A DNA stretch of 64,000 nt, taken from contig CAZKVV010000004.1 in assembly GCA_964556485.1 (NCBI GenBank), forward strand, positions 57,618 through 121,617, written 5' to 3'. This document shows, in pieces, positions 37,689 through 48,223 of the stretch; the first letter of the stretch is position 1, and the number at the start of each line of letters is the position of its first letter. The notes under the pieces were generated by a model. That model was not told where the DNA came from and made no database searches. It saw nothing but the letters and a program-made list of their open reading frames with translations. The stretch is from an uncultured Pseudomonadales bacterium (GTDB lineage Bacteria; Patescibacteriota; Microgenomatia; UBA1400; PJMF01). The position numbers and the translations under genes are program-made.

Positions 37689-37950
37689 TCATTCACCCCT
37701 TTTTTATTTGAAAGTTAATAAAGTAAGTCCAACATAAAAATCTTATTAATGACCTTTATGTCAGACTCACTCCTTTTGGCAAGTTGTTAATGTATGTCTA
37801 GTTTTTTGTAAGTAATGATAAGCGCAATGCTTTATTACTGTGTTGTAGCCAAGCTAGAGAAAGTCTACAACCTATATATTATAGGCTATTTATAGTCTTT
37901 TGTCAAGATTTGGCGTGCCATTTTTTATTTCGTTACCGTACAATGAAAGT

Positions 37951-39420
37951 ATGAAGCCTTCAAGATTAGTTGCCGTTTTACTTTTTTTTGCAGCAAGTTT
38001 TGTATTTCTGTATCGTTTGGATTACACATCGTTGCAGAGTTTTGATGAGGCATGGTATGCCGTTATTGCGCGTGAGGTTTCACTGAAGGCAAACATACTT
38101 GAGCTTCACTACAATGGGGTTCGCTTTACCGACCATCCACCATTACTCTTTTGGATTATGTCTATTTCGCAAGCAGTATTTAGCAACTATTTCTCTCCAG
38201 AATTTGCTGCCAGATTTCCTTCTGCTGTAATGGGAATTGCTACAGTGCTTCTTGTGTACAAAATGGGTTTGCAGCTTTCCAAAAAATGGTGGGTAGGATT
38301 AGTTGCTTCACTTTTTTTACTTACTTCACTATGGTTTTTATTACGTGCTAAATCTGGAAACTTAGATGTTCCTGTAGTCTTTTTTATGACACTGACAATG
38401 TACTTTGGTCAACAAATACAGATTTTATTGCAAGAAAAAAAACAGCATCTTGCAGTGCAACAATTACTTCCGCTTACAGTTTCTTTTAGTTTGCTTTTAA
38501 TATCAAAAGCTGTTGTTGGGCTTACTTTGATCCCTGCACTTATTGTTGTACTGTTTCCATTATTGTCACAGCTAAAAAATGAAAAAATGAGAAAAGCATT
38601 TCTGCTTTCAGCACTTACTATGGCTGTAATTGTTGCACCTTGGTATGTCTATAATGCCGTTTTAGATTCGAACTTTTTATATCATCATTTTGTTGAGATT
38701 GGTTTGAGAGGTGTTGCTGGATCATCAACTCAGCAATTTGCACTATGGCAAAATCTACTCTATCTGCGCAGCGGCATTGGTGTGTGGTATTGGCCATCAG
38801 TTTTTGGAGTAATTGCTAGTACTTTTGCTATTTGTATAGTAAAAGAGTACCGGCAAAAGGTACTCCCACTATTTTTGTGGTTTCTCATTCCTGCACTATT
38901 GCTGTTATTAAATGCAAAAACACAGATATGGCATTTGCTTCCGCTTTATGTTCCATTGTTTTTAGTAACGAGTTTTACATTAACAGAAGCTATACATTTG
39001 GTAGCATCAAAACTTAAACTTCCTAAGAGATTCAGCATACTACTGCAACTTTTGTTTACCCTATGCGTGTTGCTTTTAGCTAGTAATCAAACAAGAAAAA
39101 GTTTTTCATTGTTCATGCCATCAGTTGTTTCTAAACAGCCTGAGGCGGTACTAGGTGCCCTTGCAAAAGACATTCCAGGAGAACTCTATGTTCTTACTGG
39201 TGAAGGTCCTTCTGCATCTTTTTATGCTGGCAGGAAGGTAACTCCAATTGGTATTCGTCCTAATGCTTATCAGGAAATGGTTGCAATTATGTCATCAGAT
39301 CAAACTGCATTATTCATGGTGCTGGGTGAGCATCTCAATCAGTTCGCTGTAGATGGCGTTGCTTTTGAGACAGTGCATGCTACTCCGTTGCTCACATTAG
39401 TCAGAGGAGTTTCACCTTGA
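37951..39420 (+). CDS. Glycosyltransferase family 39/83 (PMT/ArnT-like) membrane protein
   Basis: N-terminal DEAWYAVIAREV...DHPPLLFWIMSIS is typical of the GT-C ArnT/PMT fold. About 11 TM helices. Confidence 0.7.
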   Translation: MKPSRLVAVLLFFAASFVFLYRLDYTSLQSFDEAWYAVIAREVSLKANILELHYNGVRFTDHPPLLFWIMSISQAVFSNYFSPEFAARFPSAVMGIATVLLVYKMGLQLSKKWWVGLVASLFLLTSLWFLLRAKSGNLDVPVVFFMTLTMYFGQQIQILLQEKKQHLAVQQLLPLTVSFSLLLISKAVVGLTLIPALIVVLFPLLSQLKNEKMRKAFLLSALTMAVIVAPWYVYNAVLDSNFLYHHFVEIGLRGVAGSSTQQFALWQNLLYLRSGIGVWYWPSVFGVIASTFAICIVKEYRQKVLPLFLWFLIPALLLLLNAKTQIWHLLPLYVPLFLVTSFTLTEAIHLVASKLKLPKRFSILLQLLFTLCVLLLASNQTRKSFSLFMPSVVSKQPEAVLGALAKDIPGELYVLTGEGPSASFYAGRKVTPIGIRPNAYQEMVAIMSSDQTALFMVLGEHLNQFAVDGVAFETVHATPLLTLVRGVSP

Positions 39421-39437
39421 TATTTCAAAAAAATATT

Positions 39438-40355
39438 TTAGAACGACAACTGAAAAAGTTTGCCGTATGTTTCGTCATACCTATCTGGAGAATGAATATC
39501 TAAACCAGCGTTTGGGGTAAAGGTTAATTCACCAAAGTATATTTTTCCATCAACATTGTAGAGATCAACCCGTACATAGGGGAATGGGGCAGCAAGTTTT
39601 TCAACAATCGCTATCATTTGCTCGAAGTTTTTTGGCTTTGCAACAATTGCTGCTGGCGCAGGTTTTCCATCTCTACTATTCAAGTAGTTACAGGGTGCTA
39701 ACTGCCAGTCCAGTGTGTATGAACTTTTTTTAATTTCCGTACTTCTTCCAACCATAACTCTAACAAATGCAGGTTTGCCAGCAAAACAATGGAATTTGTA
39801 ATCGGTTAAACCTTCAGAATTGCCTATGTATTCTTCACAAACAATACGTGGCTGCATCTTTCTGTATTGGCGTTCAGCAAAGTGCTCATAGAATGAACTG
39901 GATAGCCAAGTTGTTAGTTTTTCTTTTTGTGCATCCCAGTCCATTTTGGCTTTATCTGCGCAAATGACATTCCAGTTTGAGCCATGGGTACACTTTAAGA
40001 CAAATGAATTGGGTAATTTATAGAGGTTAATCTCTGTTGGAGATGCGTATACACCAAGTAAAGGGATGAGATACTCTTTACCTATGGTTTTGGTGACATA
40101 CTCTCGCACTTGATACTTATCAGCAAATTGGGTGACTTGTTCCGCCTTTACTGACATCTTAAAAAGATGCATTTTTTCAGAAAATCGTGTTGGATTTTTC
40201 CAGTTTAGTTTCCTGCCAAATCGGTGAAGATACAAGGTAAATGCTTGTTTAACTAACTTAGCATGTTTGATTGTGGCTGGAATGGATGCGAGGTATAGAT
40301 ACTTTGAGTCTAAGACTACCAAGATAGAGAGGATTTGCTTTAGAATAGACATAAT
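39438..40355 (-). CDS. TupA-like ATP-grasp family protein (teichuronic-acid-biosynthesis-type)
   Basis: GRKLNWKNPTRFSEKMHLFK and FVLKCTHGSNWN motifs resemble PF14305. Start set at MSILKQ, divergent from the GT4 gene. Confidence 0.55.
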   Translation of the reverse strand: MMSILKQILSILVVLDSKYLYLASIPATIKHAKLVKQAFTLYLHRFGRKLNWKNPTRFSEKMHLFKMSVKAEQVTQFADKYQVREYVTKTIGKEYLIPLLGVYASPTEINLYKLPNSFVLKCTHGSNWNVICADKAKMDWDAQKEKLTTWLSSSFYEHFAERQYRKMQPRIVCEEYIGNSEGLTDYKFHCFAGKPAFVRVMVGRSTEIKKSSYTLDWQLAPCNYLNSRDGKPAPAAIVAKPKNFEQMIAIVEKLAAPFPYVRVDLYNVDGKIYFGELTFTPNAGLDIHSPDRYDETYGKLFQLSF

Positions 40356-41538
40356 GAGTAACAGGAATCCAAAAGTCCTTTTCTTTTTCCACACCAATGA
40401 GCTTGGTGGTGCTGAGAAATCTGCACTCACTATTATACAAGAGTGCAGCGCAAAAGGGTTTAGCGTCGAAGCGGTTGTGCCAAGTAATGGTGCGCTTAAG
40501 GAAGAGTTAACAAAACTGACCACCAAAGTAAGCGTAGTTAATTATCGATGGTGGTGTTCTGTAAATAGTAACGTCACTTGGTATCGGTATTGGGAAATGC
40601 TTTTTTCATTTTGGAATATTTTGTTATTTTGGATTACCAATCTCCGTAGCCGTCCAGATGTTGTTGTGACAAATACACTCACGATTCCATGGGGAATTGT
40701 GTATAGCAAACTAGCAGGCAGACCTCATATTCAGTTAATTAGAGAGTTTGGGTCGCTTGATTTTGGTTTCCATTTTATTTTAGGGTATACGCTATCAATG
40801 CATATTTTGGGCGCATGTTCTCACTATGTTTTCACAAACTCATTGACCATGAGTGAATTCTATAAATCATATATTGATGCACAAAAACTTGATTACATGT
40901 ATCCTACTATTTTTAAAAGTTGCGTGAGCAAAGCTAGAATTGGTAGAAACTATTTTAGGTCGAAAAAATCTTTGAAATTATTGGTGTTAGGAACAATTAT
41001 CGAAGCAAAAGGACAACTTGAAGCAGTGCGAGCATTAACTCACTTAGCTAAGCTAGGGTATACAGATATTGAATTGATTCTCGCCGGAAAAAGAAATTCA
41101 GAAGAGTATTCACACCAAATTCTTGCTGAAAGTGTTAGTAATCTGGATGCATTGCGAAACATTACCATATTGGAACACTTGGTCAATCCATTCAAGTTAC
41201 TCCGCGAAGCTGACGTGGTATTAATTTGTTCAAAAAATGAGGCATTTGGCAGGATTGCAGCTGAAGCTATGCTTTTTAATAAAGCAATTATTGCCAGCGA
41301 TTCTGGTGCCAATCGTGAGATTCTCGCAGATGGCAGGTGTGGTTTGCTCTATATTCCTGGTGATACTGAAGACTTGGCAGCAAAAATCAAAGCACTGCAT
41401 GATGATAGAAATGCACTACAACAACTTGGGGAAAAAGCATTCGACAACTACGTTCAAAAATTACAACCAAAAATGAACGCAAAGCCGCTTATATCTAGTG
41501 TGATGCAACTTGCTAATGCTCAATTTAGTGCTAATTAA
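40354..41538 (+). CDS. Glycosyltransferase family 4 (GT1 fold)
   Basis: N-terminal KVLFFFHTNELGGAEKSA. C-terminal EAFGRIAAEAMLFNKAIIASDSGANREIL (EX7E). Confidence 0.7.
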   Translation: MSNRNPKVLFFFHTNELGGAEKSALTIIQECSAKGFSVEAVVPSNGALKEELTKLTTKVSVVNYRWWCSVNSNVTWYRYWEMLFSFWNILLFWITNLRSRPDVVVTNTLTIPWGIVYSKLAGRPHIQLIREFGSLDFGFHFILGYTLSMHILGACSHYVFTNSLTMSEFYKSYIDAQKLDYMYPTIFKSCVSKARIGRNYFRSKKSLKLLVLGTIIEAKGQLEAVRALTHLAKLGYTDIELILAGKRNSEEYSHQILAESVSNLDALRNITILEHLVNPFKLLREADVVLICSKNEAFGRIAAEAMLFNKAIIASDSGANREILADGRCGLLYIPGDTEDLAAKIKALHDDRNALQQLGEKAFDNYVQKLQPKMNAKPLISSVMQLANAQFSAN

Positions 41539-42245
41539 AGCGGATGCATAGTCGCGCAGCTGTTATTGTTAAGAGAATGAGTGTTGCCGAATAGTTGCTT
41601 TGTTGCGCAGTCTTGACCAGTTTGCATCGATTGACTTTGTTGAATCCAAGGCGACTTCGACCATGCCCATAGTCCTAGTGCGAGAAATACTACGATGAAA
41701 AGCTGCAACATTGTTACTTTTTGAATAGATTCTTTTTGGCGCACTTCACATACGCCACCAGGACAATATTTTGCTTTTTTTGAGTGTAATGCGTTGTAGA
41801 GCCAGCACCCAATGCATATGCCAAAAGCTGTTTCAAAAAAGAGAAAAAAGAGGCAAACGACACACATAACGCAAGTTAACAATGTTGCTTGATTCATGAT
41901 CACAAGGGTATAAAACATAAATAGAGACATCATGAAGCCTATAGTCCAAGCAAAACGTTTTTGGGGAGCACCTGTATACTCTACTTTTTGTCGCTGAACC
42001 ATCCATCTTCCCAGTATGAGGGATGGTGAATAGCGTGGACTAAGAAAAAGTCTAATTGAAAAATCAACCAAAAAACCTGAAATAAATACTTTAATAAAAA
42101 AATAATTGCCAACTAGCCAAACATTCATAAATGCAAAGATTGCAGCTAAAAATAGTAAGCCTGCTGCCGCTCTAGCCTCTCGTTCGTTTAGGACCCTAAC
42201 TTCATATCCGGGTACTTTTTCACCAAATCCAAAAAGAGTTTTCAT
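41535..42245 (-). CDS. DUF4395-family membrane protein
   Basis: N-terminal VPGYEVRVLNEREARAAAGLLF matches the DUF4395 signature. C-terminal Cys cluster CPGGVCEV. Confidence 0.55.
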   Translation of the reverse strand: MKTLFGFGEKVPGYEVRVLNEREARAAAGLLFLAAIFAFMNVWLVGNYFFIKVFISGFLVDFSIRLFLSPRYSPSLILGRWMVQRQKVEYTGAPQKRFAWTIGFMMSLFMFYTLVIMNQATLLTCVMCVVCLFFLFFETAFGICIGCWLYNALHSKKAKYCPGGVCEVRQKESIQKVTMLQLFIVVFLALGLWAWSKSPWIQQSQSMQTGQDCATKQLFGNTHSLNNNSCATMHPL

Positions 42246-42373
42246 ATAGTTTCTCCAAGCTTCAACATATCAAAATATTACTGTATTTCGTACATCAATC
42301 ATCAGTTTATTTTTGTTGGCAAGCAAGCATCAAAAGAGCTAGCGTTCAGTTTAAAATCATGTTATGACTCATG

Positions 42374-43441
42374 CTATTTAAGTAAGCTAAAGGCCATATA
42401 AAGTACGTAGAGTATATAAAGGCCAATCAACCCAAAGCCCGCATGTCTTCCAATGGTCCATTTGCGCGTGATAAGAATAAACAGTATTGCAACTACGGTG
42501 GCAAACAGTAAGAAAACACTACTGAGTAAATTGTCTGTGCCTACTTTGACAGTTTCGCCTTTAAGACTGAGAACAATAATCCAGGGTAGTCCTAAACCAA
42601 AGAGAATATCAAAAATATTTGAACCAACGGCATTGCTTACTGCCATATCTCCACGACCTTGTTTAGCAACTACAATTGAAGAAAGAAGGTCGGGAATGGA
42701 GGTTCCAGCAGCTAGAACGGTAAGTGCAATGAGTGTTGGGTTTATATTTAGGATTGTTCCAATTCCTACGGCAGACTCTACTAAGACGTAGCTTAATCCT
42801 GCTAAACCTAATATTGATACACCAAATGTTACAAGATATAAATGTGGTTTGGTTTGTGGGTCGGGAATAATGGAGCTAAGTAGTTGTTTTGAAAGCTTGG
42901 AGAGCTTATTTTTTTTCAATCCAGTTTCAAGTACTTCAATAGCATCGGCATCTTTGTAGGGTAGAATTTTTTTCCATTGTGTGACAGCAAAAATATAGAA
43001 TCCATACATACCTAGGAAGGATAGAGATTCGCCAATTGTAATCTGTCCATCCCAGAATGAAATCAACAACAGAATGATGGTAAAAATATAGAAAAGCATA
43101 TCTCTAATAACGGGTTGCCAAGTTAACTTTGCTTGCCTAAAGGTCGCTGCCGCACCAATGATTACTAATATATTAAAAATAGCTGAACCCACAATTGTTC
43201 CCGCACCGACATCTGCGTGATCACCTGCTTTAAGCACTGCGAATAGAGCAGTGAATAATTCAGGAGCACTTGACCCAACTGCCATAAAGGTTGCCCCAGC
43301 AACATCTGAAGGGAGTTTGAGTTTTGCTGAAATAATATCCAACGAAGACACGAAGAAATCTTCACAAATTACCGCGAGTAAATAAAATGCTACTATGAGG
43401 ACGAGGATGTATATAAAAATCATGTACTTACTATAACACAA
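42374..43441 (-). CDS. Na+/Ca2+ exchanger (CaCA/YrbG family)
   Basis: Two alpha-repeats GSSAPELFTALFAV and GTSIPDLLSSIVVAKQG. About 10 TM helices. Confidence 0.8.
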   Translation of the reverse strand: MCYSKYMIFIYILVLIVAFYLLAVICEDFFVSSLDIISAKLKLPSDVAGATFMAVGSSAPELFTALFAVLKAGDHADVGAGTIVGSAIFNILVIIGAAATFRQAKLTWQPVIRDMLFYIFTIILLLISFWDGQITIGESLSFLGMYGFYIFAVTQWKKILPYKDADAIEVLETGLKKNKLSKLSKQLLSSIIPDPQTKPHLYLVTFGVSILGLAGLSYVLVESAVGIGTILNINPTLIALTVLAAGTSIPDLLSSIVVAKQGRGDMAVSNAVGSNIFDILFGLGLPWIIVLSLKGETVKVGTDNLLSSVFLLFATVVAILFILITRKWTIGRHAGFGLIGLYILYVLYMAFSLLK

Positions 43442-44177
43442 AAGACACTTCTTGTTTCCTCTCAGTCAGTAAAGATTTTGCTATTTGCTTACCAATGGTT
43501 GTCACAAAGTAGTCATCAAGGTCTACTTCAAGGCTTTCAAGATATGTTTGTGGAGAAATATTTTTTCTTACGGTATCTTGCCAAAAATTAAGGTGAGTAA
43601 ATGACCACAAATGATCAAGATCAGCAAGCAGCTGCACTTCTATTGGCATGGTATGTTGAATACCAGCAACTTCACTAGGTTTGTCATGAAATCGTATGGC
43701 TTTGCAGATAAGATCGATTTCAGGTTGTGATAATCCCAACGCTGACTGTTTTTCTGTAAGTATGGTCCTTGCTCTTTTTTCACCTAACACAGCATGTTTT
43801 TCTTTTGGTCCCATGGCTTTTTCGGTGAGGACAAGACCTGTTACGCCCAAACTAGCTGCTATTTCTTCTTGTGACATTTCACTCCATCCAGAGTCATGCA
43901 ACATCAGTGCATAGGCAAGTACGTTTCGATTTACCGTATTTCCTGCTGATTCTGCTTTATGAATAAACTCATCAAGATACTGCATACAAAATGCAGTATG
44001 AACATCAGTGGTTCGGGCAGACAAAAAAGGGAGTATTTCGGTGTAAAAATTTCTAAATTCTGCAGGAACAAAATCGAGATACTTTTCTTCCCAAGGAATA
44101 TAGAATAGGAAATGAAGATCTTCAGGTTTAAGGGTGGAATTTTCAGGTAGTTTAAGTTGAAAGTCTTGTATTAGCAT
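43431..44177 (-). CDS. HD-domain phosphohydrolase
   Basis: LMLHDSGW H..HD motif and downstream His/Asp. Confidence 0.6.
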   Translation of the reverse strand: MLIQDFQLKLPENSTLKPEDLHFLFYIPWEEKYLDFVPAEFRNFYTEILPFLSARTTDVHTAFCMQYLDEFIHKAESAGNTVNRNVLAYALMLHDSGWSEMSQEEIAASLGVTGLVLTEKAMGPKEKHAVLGEKRARTILTEKQSALGLSQPEIDLICKAIRFHDKPSEVAGIQHTMPIEVQLLADLDHLWSFTHLNFWQDTVRKNISPQTYLESLEVDLDDYFVTTIGKQIAKSLLTERKQEVSFVL

Positions 44178-44207
44178 CGGATTGTGTGAAGTAAATATTT
44201 TTTAAGA

Positions 44208-45677
44208 TTAAAATGAAAATAAGTAAACAATCCACTCAGAGTCTTCAATGTACCAAGTTTGTAATAACTTTTCATATCTAAATCGTTCCATTTCTGGCGA
44301 AATATCGTTTCTTAAATTTTCTTCTGTCTGAGTAGAAACAACAAACAAATAGTTATTTGTGAAGTACTCATACTTACTTTTTAGTTGAACGCCCTTTATT
44401 TCTAACAGGCTTCTATATTTCCATCCATACCTATTTGGATCGGGACTACCAAGCACTGCAATATTTGCTCCTGAAATATTATTTTGGGTTACTTCGTGGT
44501 ACAGAATGTTGGTGATAGCATCAGCTGTTCTAATATTTGGTTGCCACATAGCTGGCATATATTTTTGGGTAGTGATTTGCGGAACAATACTCAACAATGA
44601 TCCATTTATGAGAATAAAAGTCGAGACAAGCACGATGTTAACTTTTATAATTTTTCTTGGTAAGTAAAGGTAGATAACAAAGAAAACTAATCCCGGTAAA
44701 AAGTAGTGGGTGTATGCATCTTTAATAAAAGTTACACCAAGTATTTGTAGGAACCATACGATGATAAACAACAAATGTTTTTTTGACTTCTTAAAGTCAA
44801 AGAGCATGAGTGCGAGTAAGTAGATAGCCAAAAGGGCTCCAGAAAAAGAAGGACCTGCGTAGTGACGGACGACGGTGTAAAAGTTATGAAAGAAATCAAA
44901 AATAAACGTCACAAGATTGCGATTAACATTGTTTTGTTGATACATCATCAAACGGCTAAAAAATAATCCAGGTGGATGGGTGAGATCAAATGCGATGAAG
45001 GGAAGTATTGCAAAAGCAAATCCTGGAACTAACCAAAGATACGTTTTGAAGTCTCTAGATTTGTATTTTTGTAGCAAGGTAAGAAATATAAATGCAGCAG
45101 TGGCAATAAAACTCAAATAATGATGATGTATTGATAAGCCTAAAAATAATCCAGATAAAAACAGGGTGAGTTTTGTTTTTCGCTGAAAGAAAAGCAGTCC
45201 TAAGGCAATCCAAATCAGCACCAGGTGTGGATTCCAAGCCCAGCGACTTGTTTCAATCAAAGGAAACCAAATTGCAGCAACCAGAGCAGCACCAAGCCAT
45301 GCTTTTTTATTTATTTTGGTGATGAGTACCACCAAGAACACAGCTGAGAGTAAGCCATAGACTGCAGCACCATATGTTGTTGAGACTGTACTAAACTTCC
45401 CAAGAACCGCAAAGGGCAGCAACATGTAGTACGTGAGTGAACTATATACTTTGTCACCTTCTTCGGAAATAGGACCGATTAAGGAAATTCTTTTTTCAGT
45501 ATAAAAAAGTTGTATTTGCCTTAAATCGTAGGCCTGATCCCAAAAAAAGGTTGCAGTAGTTTTAAGTGCATAAAATCGTGTGAAAATTGCCAAGCTAAGT
45601 ATGATGATTACTAACCAAAATTCAAACTTGGTGAGGATTTTTTTAACGTTTATTTTTTGCATCTTTTTACAAGTCAA
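44208..45677 (-). CDS. GT39/ArnT-like polytopic membrane glycosyltransferase (third copy in window)
   Basis: N-terminal FWDQAYDL and multi-TM architecture similar to the GT-C family. Confidence 0.5.
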   Translation of the reverse strand: MTCKKMQKINVKKILTKFEFWLVIIILSLAIFTRFYALKTTATFFWDQAYDLRQIQLFYTEKRISLIGPISEEGDKVYSSLTYYMLLPFAVLGKFSTVSTTYGAAVYGLLSAVFLVVLITKINKKAWLGAALVAAIWFPLIETSRWAWNPHLVLIWIALGLLFFQRKTKLTLFLSGLFLGLSIHHHYLSFIATAAFIFLTLLQKYKSRDFKTYLWLVPGFAFAILPFIAFDLTHPPGLFFSRLMMYQQNNVNRNLVTFIFDFFHNFYTVVRHYAGPSFSGALLAIYLLALMLFDFKKSKKHLLFIIVWFLQILGVTFIKDAYTHYFLPGLVFFVIYLYLPRKIIKVNIVLVSTFILINGSLLSIVPQITTQKYMPAMWQPNIRTADAITNILYHEVTQNNISGANIAVLGSPDPNRYGWKYRSLLEIKGVQLKSKYEYFTNNYLFVVSTQTEENLRNDISPEMERFRYEKLLQTWYIEDSEWIVYLFSF

Positions 45678-45831
45678 ATGTTAGACCAGCCACTTCAATC
45701 AATTTGAGATATTCAGTTAGATACGAAAATCCTAATATCTGCGCATGATTTGACATGCGTCTTGTTCCTACCCGCATTCTACTAGTATTGATTGCGCAAG
45801 ACTAGCTGAAAATTCCCCAATATTTTTATGA

Positions 45832-47019
45832 GTGCTATTTGAGTACAATAAGCTTGTGCCAATAGATATGCCAATACCCATCCCACCTGAAGATGAATTA
45901 CTTTATCGTTATTGGGATTTTTTTGGAAATAAGCCTATTGACCCAAGTAAAGAGGCTCAAAAAATTACTGTTGAGTTCTCTTTACAAGAAAAAGTGCTCT
46001 TAAAAGCACTGATTGCATATTTTGAAAACAGAGAAGAAAGAAAATCTGCTTTGAGTATAGTCATAGGGTATGATTTAGATTCTCAAGAGAGGACTCGTAC
46101 CCACGATGTTTCTAATGTGACTAATGAGAAAATTAATGAAATAGTTACTCATCATAAACAGAATCCAACTGAAGCAGCTCTTTTTTTAAGACAAGCTTTA
46201 ACAACTATTTTTAATGATCCCATGATTTCTTCCACTACAAAAAAAACAGATCGCTTAACTCGTTATTTGCAGTCCAGTTTAACCTTGCAAGTTAAGTTGG
46301 ATAGATTAAGCTTTTTGCCCAGTGACAAAGTGATAAACAAAGTGCCAAGCTATGTACCTGATGGTTTAAGTGATATGGGTGGGGATCCTACTATTAATCC
46401 ATCTGAAAGAGAACGGGAAAAAATCCGAGTTGATAAAGCTAAGATATTTTCTAAATACTCAGCTCAGCTTACTAAGCTTTATTTGGAAATCTCAAACTCT
46501 AAGTTGGATCCGGATGACTTGAAAATTCAAGGCTACATTGCTGAAAGAGTTTCTCATATGGTTTATGAAGCATTACCGTATGACCGACAGTGCAGAGCTG
46601 GAATTGAAGGTGCATTCTTAGGCAGATCAATAGGTGTTGATGATATCCATGATAAAAAAATGGCAGTATGTAGACATCATGCCCTTGAAACCCAAGTGTT
46701 GCTTCAGGCTATGGGAATTCAAGCTCAGCTCTTTAAATGTAATGTGCAATTTGGAAATGGTCGATTTGGAGGTCATGCTGCAAATTTGGTAGAACTAGAT
46801 GGTGAATGGTTTATTTTAGATACAACCAATCCTGAAGCGATTGATCGTAGTGCAAAAGTGTATTTGAAAAAAATAGATGGCGTTACACAAAATCCTTATA
46901 GCGATGGCGAGGAACACACCTATGTAATGGATCAAAACTCAGATGCGCAGAGAACATACGTGTTGAGGGATAAAATGTATTACAGAGTTCGTGATAATAA
47001 AAATAATAGATTAAATTAA
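45832..47019 (+). CDS. Hypothetical protein with C-terminal transglutaminase-like (Cys-His-Asp) domain
   Basis: MAVCRHHALETQVLLQAMGI (Cys), GGHAANLVELDGEWFILDTT (His/Asp). GTG start at 45832 or ATG at 45868. Confidence 0.5.
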   Translation: MLFEYNKLVPIDMPIPIPPEDELLYRYWDFFGNKPIDPSKEAQKITVEFSLQEKVLLKALIAYFENREERKSALSIVIGYDLDSQERTRTHDVSNVTNEKINEIVTHHKQNPTEAALFLRQALTTIFNDPMISSTTKKTDRLTRYLQSSLTLQVKLDRLSFLPSDKVINKVPSYVPDGLSDMGGDPTINPSEREREKIRVDKAKIFSKYSAQLTKLYLEISNSKLDPDDLKIQGYIAERVSHMVYEALPYDRQCRAGIEGAFLGRSIGVDDIHDKKMAVCRHHALETQVLLQAMGIQAQLFKCNVQFGNGRFGGHAANLVELDGEWFILDTTNPEAIDRSAKVYLKKIDGVTQNPYSDGEEHTYVMDQNSDAQRTYVLRDKMYYRVRDNKNNRLN

Positions 47020-47020
47020 C

Positions 47021-47239
47021 ATGAGAAATTTTCAAACCGGTATCTATCAACACTACAAAGGCAACAAGTATATAGTGCTTGGTGTTGCAAAACATAGTGA
47101 AACTCTTGAAGAGTTAGTGGTATATGTGACTTTATATGAAAATGAAGAGAGTAGCATTTGGGTTCGACCCTTAGCAATGTTTACTGAGAATGTGGTTGTT
47201 GATGGGAATAGTGTGCCAAGGTTTAAAAAGGTTGACTAA
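47021..47239 (+). CDS. DUF1653-family small protein
   Basis: GIYQHYKGNKYIVLGVAKHSETLEELVVY...WVRPLAMF matches the DUF1653 consensus. Confidence 0.7.
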   Translation: MRNFQTGIYQHYKGNKYIVLGVAKHSETLEELVVYVTLYENEESSIWVRPLAMFTENVVVDGNSVPRFKKVD

Positions 47240-47242
47240 TAT

Positions 47243-47626
47243 ATGACAGGTTATCTACAAAACATCGAAGAAATTACACTGAAAAATGAGGCTTTCCGCC
47301 AGGTCTTATTCACCAGTCAACATGCGCAACTGGTAGTTATGTCACTAAAACCAAATGAAGAAATTGGCACTGAAACTCACGAAATTGTTGATCAATTTTT
47401 TAGAATTGAATCTGGTGAGGGCAAAGTCATTATGAATGGTGAGGTTCAGCTAATTAAAGACGGTGATGCGATAGTAGTGCCTGCTGGCATTCAGCATAAT
47501 GTCATTAATACTTCTTCAGAAAATCCACTTAAACTGTATACCGTTTATTCACCTCCTCACCACAAAGATGGAACGGTTCATGCGACAAAAGCTGAGGCAG
47601 AGTCTGACACAGCGGATCACATTTAA
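47243..47626 (+). CDS. Cupin-domain protein
   Basis: Two-motif cupin pattern GTETHEIVDQFFRIESG ... DGDAIVVPAGIQHNVIN. Confidence 0.7.
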   Translation: MTGYLQNIEEITLKNEAFRQVLFTSQHAQLVVMSLKPNEEIGTETHEIVDQFFRIESGEGKVIMNGEVQLIKDGDAIVVPAGIQHNVINTSSENPLKLYTVYSPPHHKDGTVHATKAEAESDTADHI

Positions 47627-47857
47627 AGGTTTTTCACCTATTTATCTTTTGATGCGATGGCAGTTTCTTGCGCCCATATAGCTCATGAATGCTAGAGCTA
47701 CGCCAGTAATGAGTAGTCCTAACGGTTGAGACATCATTTCCATGAAAGGTGTATCTTGCTTAAAAACTAAGTGAAATACAACTGAAAGAGGGAACATCCA
47801 CCACAGCCATGCTTTCCAAGAAGTCTGTGTAATATCCATTCTTACACCGTACACCCA

Positions 47858-48223
47858 TTAGGTATTCTTTTTATGGCCAATGAGCAAAGGTAATCCGAAT
47901 GTTAGTCCGTAATAAAAATATACAGCTGGTTTGTAATAACCAACTGGATTCAATAGTTTTACGATAAAGAAGTAGTCAAGTACGACCGCCATTACTGTCC
48001 ACACGATTGCTATAAGTAAGTATTGTTTTAGTTGATACTTTGTAACTTTTTTTAGTAAAACGTAGCTAGTAAGTGCAGTACCAATTGGAGCAATAATCCA
48101 GCCGATCATTGATGGTGGGACTATGAAGAATAAAATGAAACTTACCACATAGCCAAAAAGCCATAAAATAAAACCCCATATAAAAGCATCCTTTAACAGG
48201 GTTTTTTTGTTTCCTTGCATCAA
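47858..48223 (-). CDS. Hypothetical 4-TM membrane protein
   Basis: Hydrophobic ORF. The neighbouring 70-aa ORF 47642-47854 is also hydrophobic and weakly supported. Confidence 0.45.
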   Translation of the reverse strand: MMQGNKKTLLKDAFIWGFILWLFGYVVSFILFFIVPPSMIGWIIAPIGTALTSYVLLKKVTKYQLKQYLLIAIVWTVMAVVLDYFFIVKLLNPVGYYKPAVYFYYGLTFGLPLLIGHKKNT

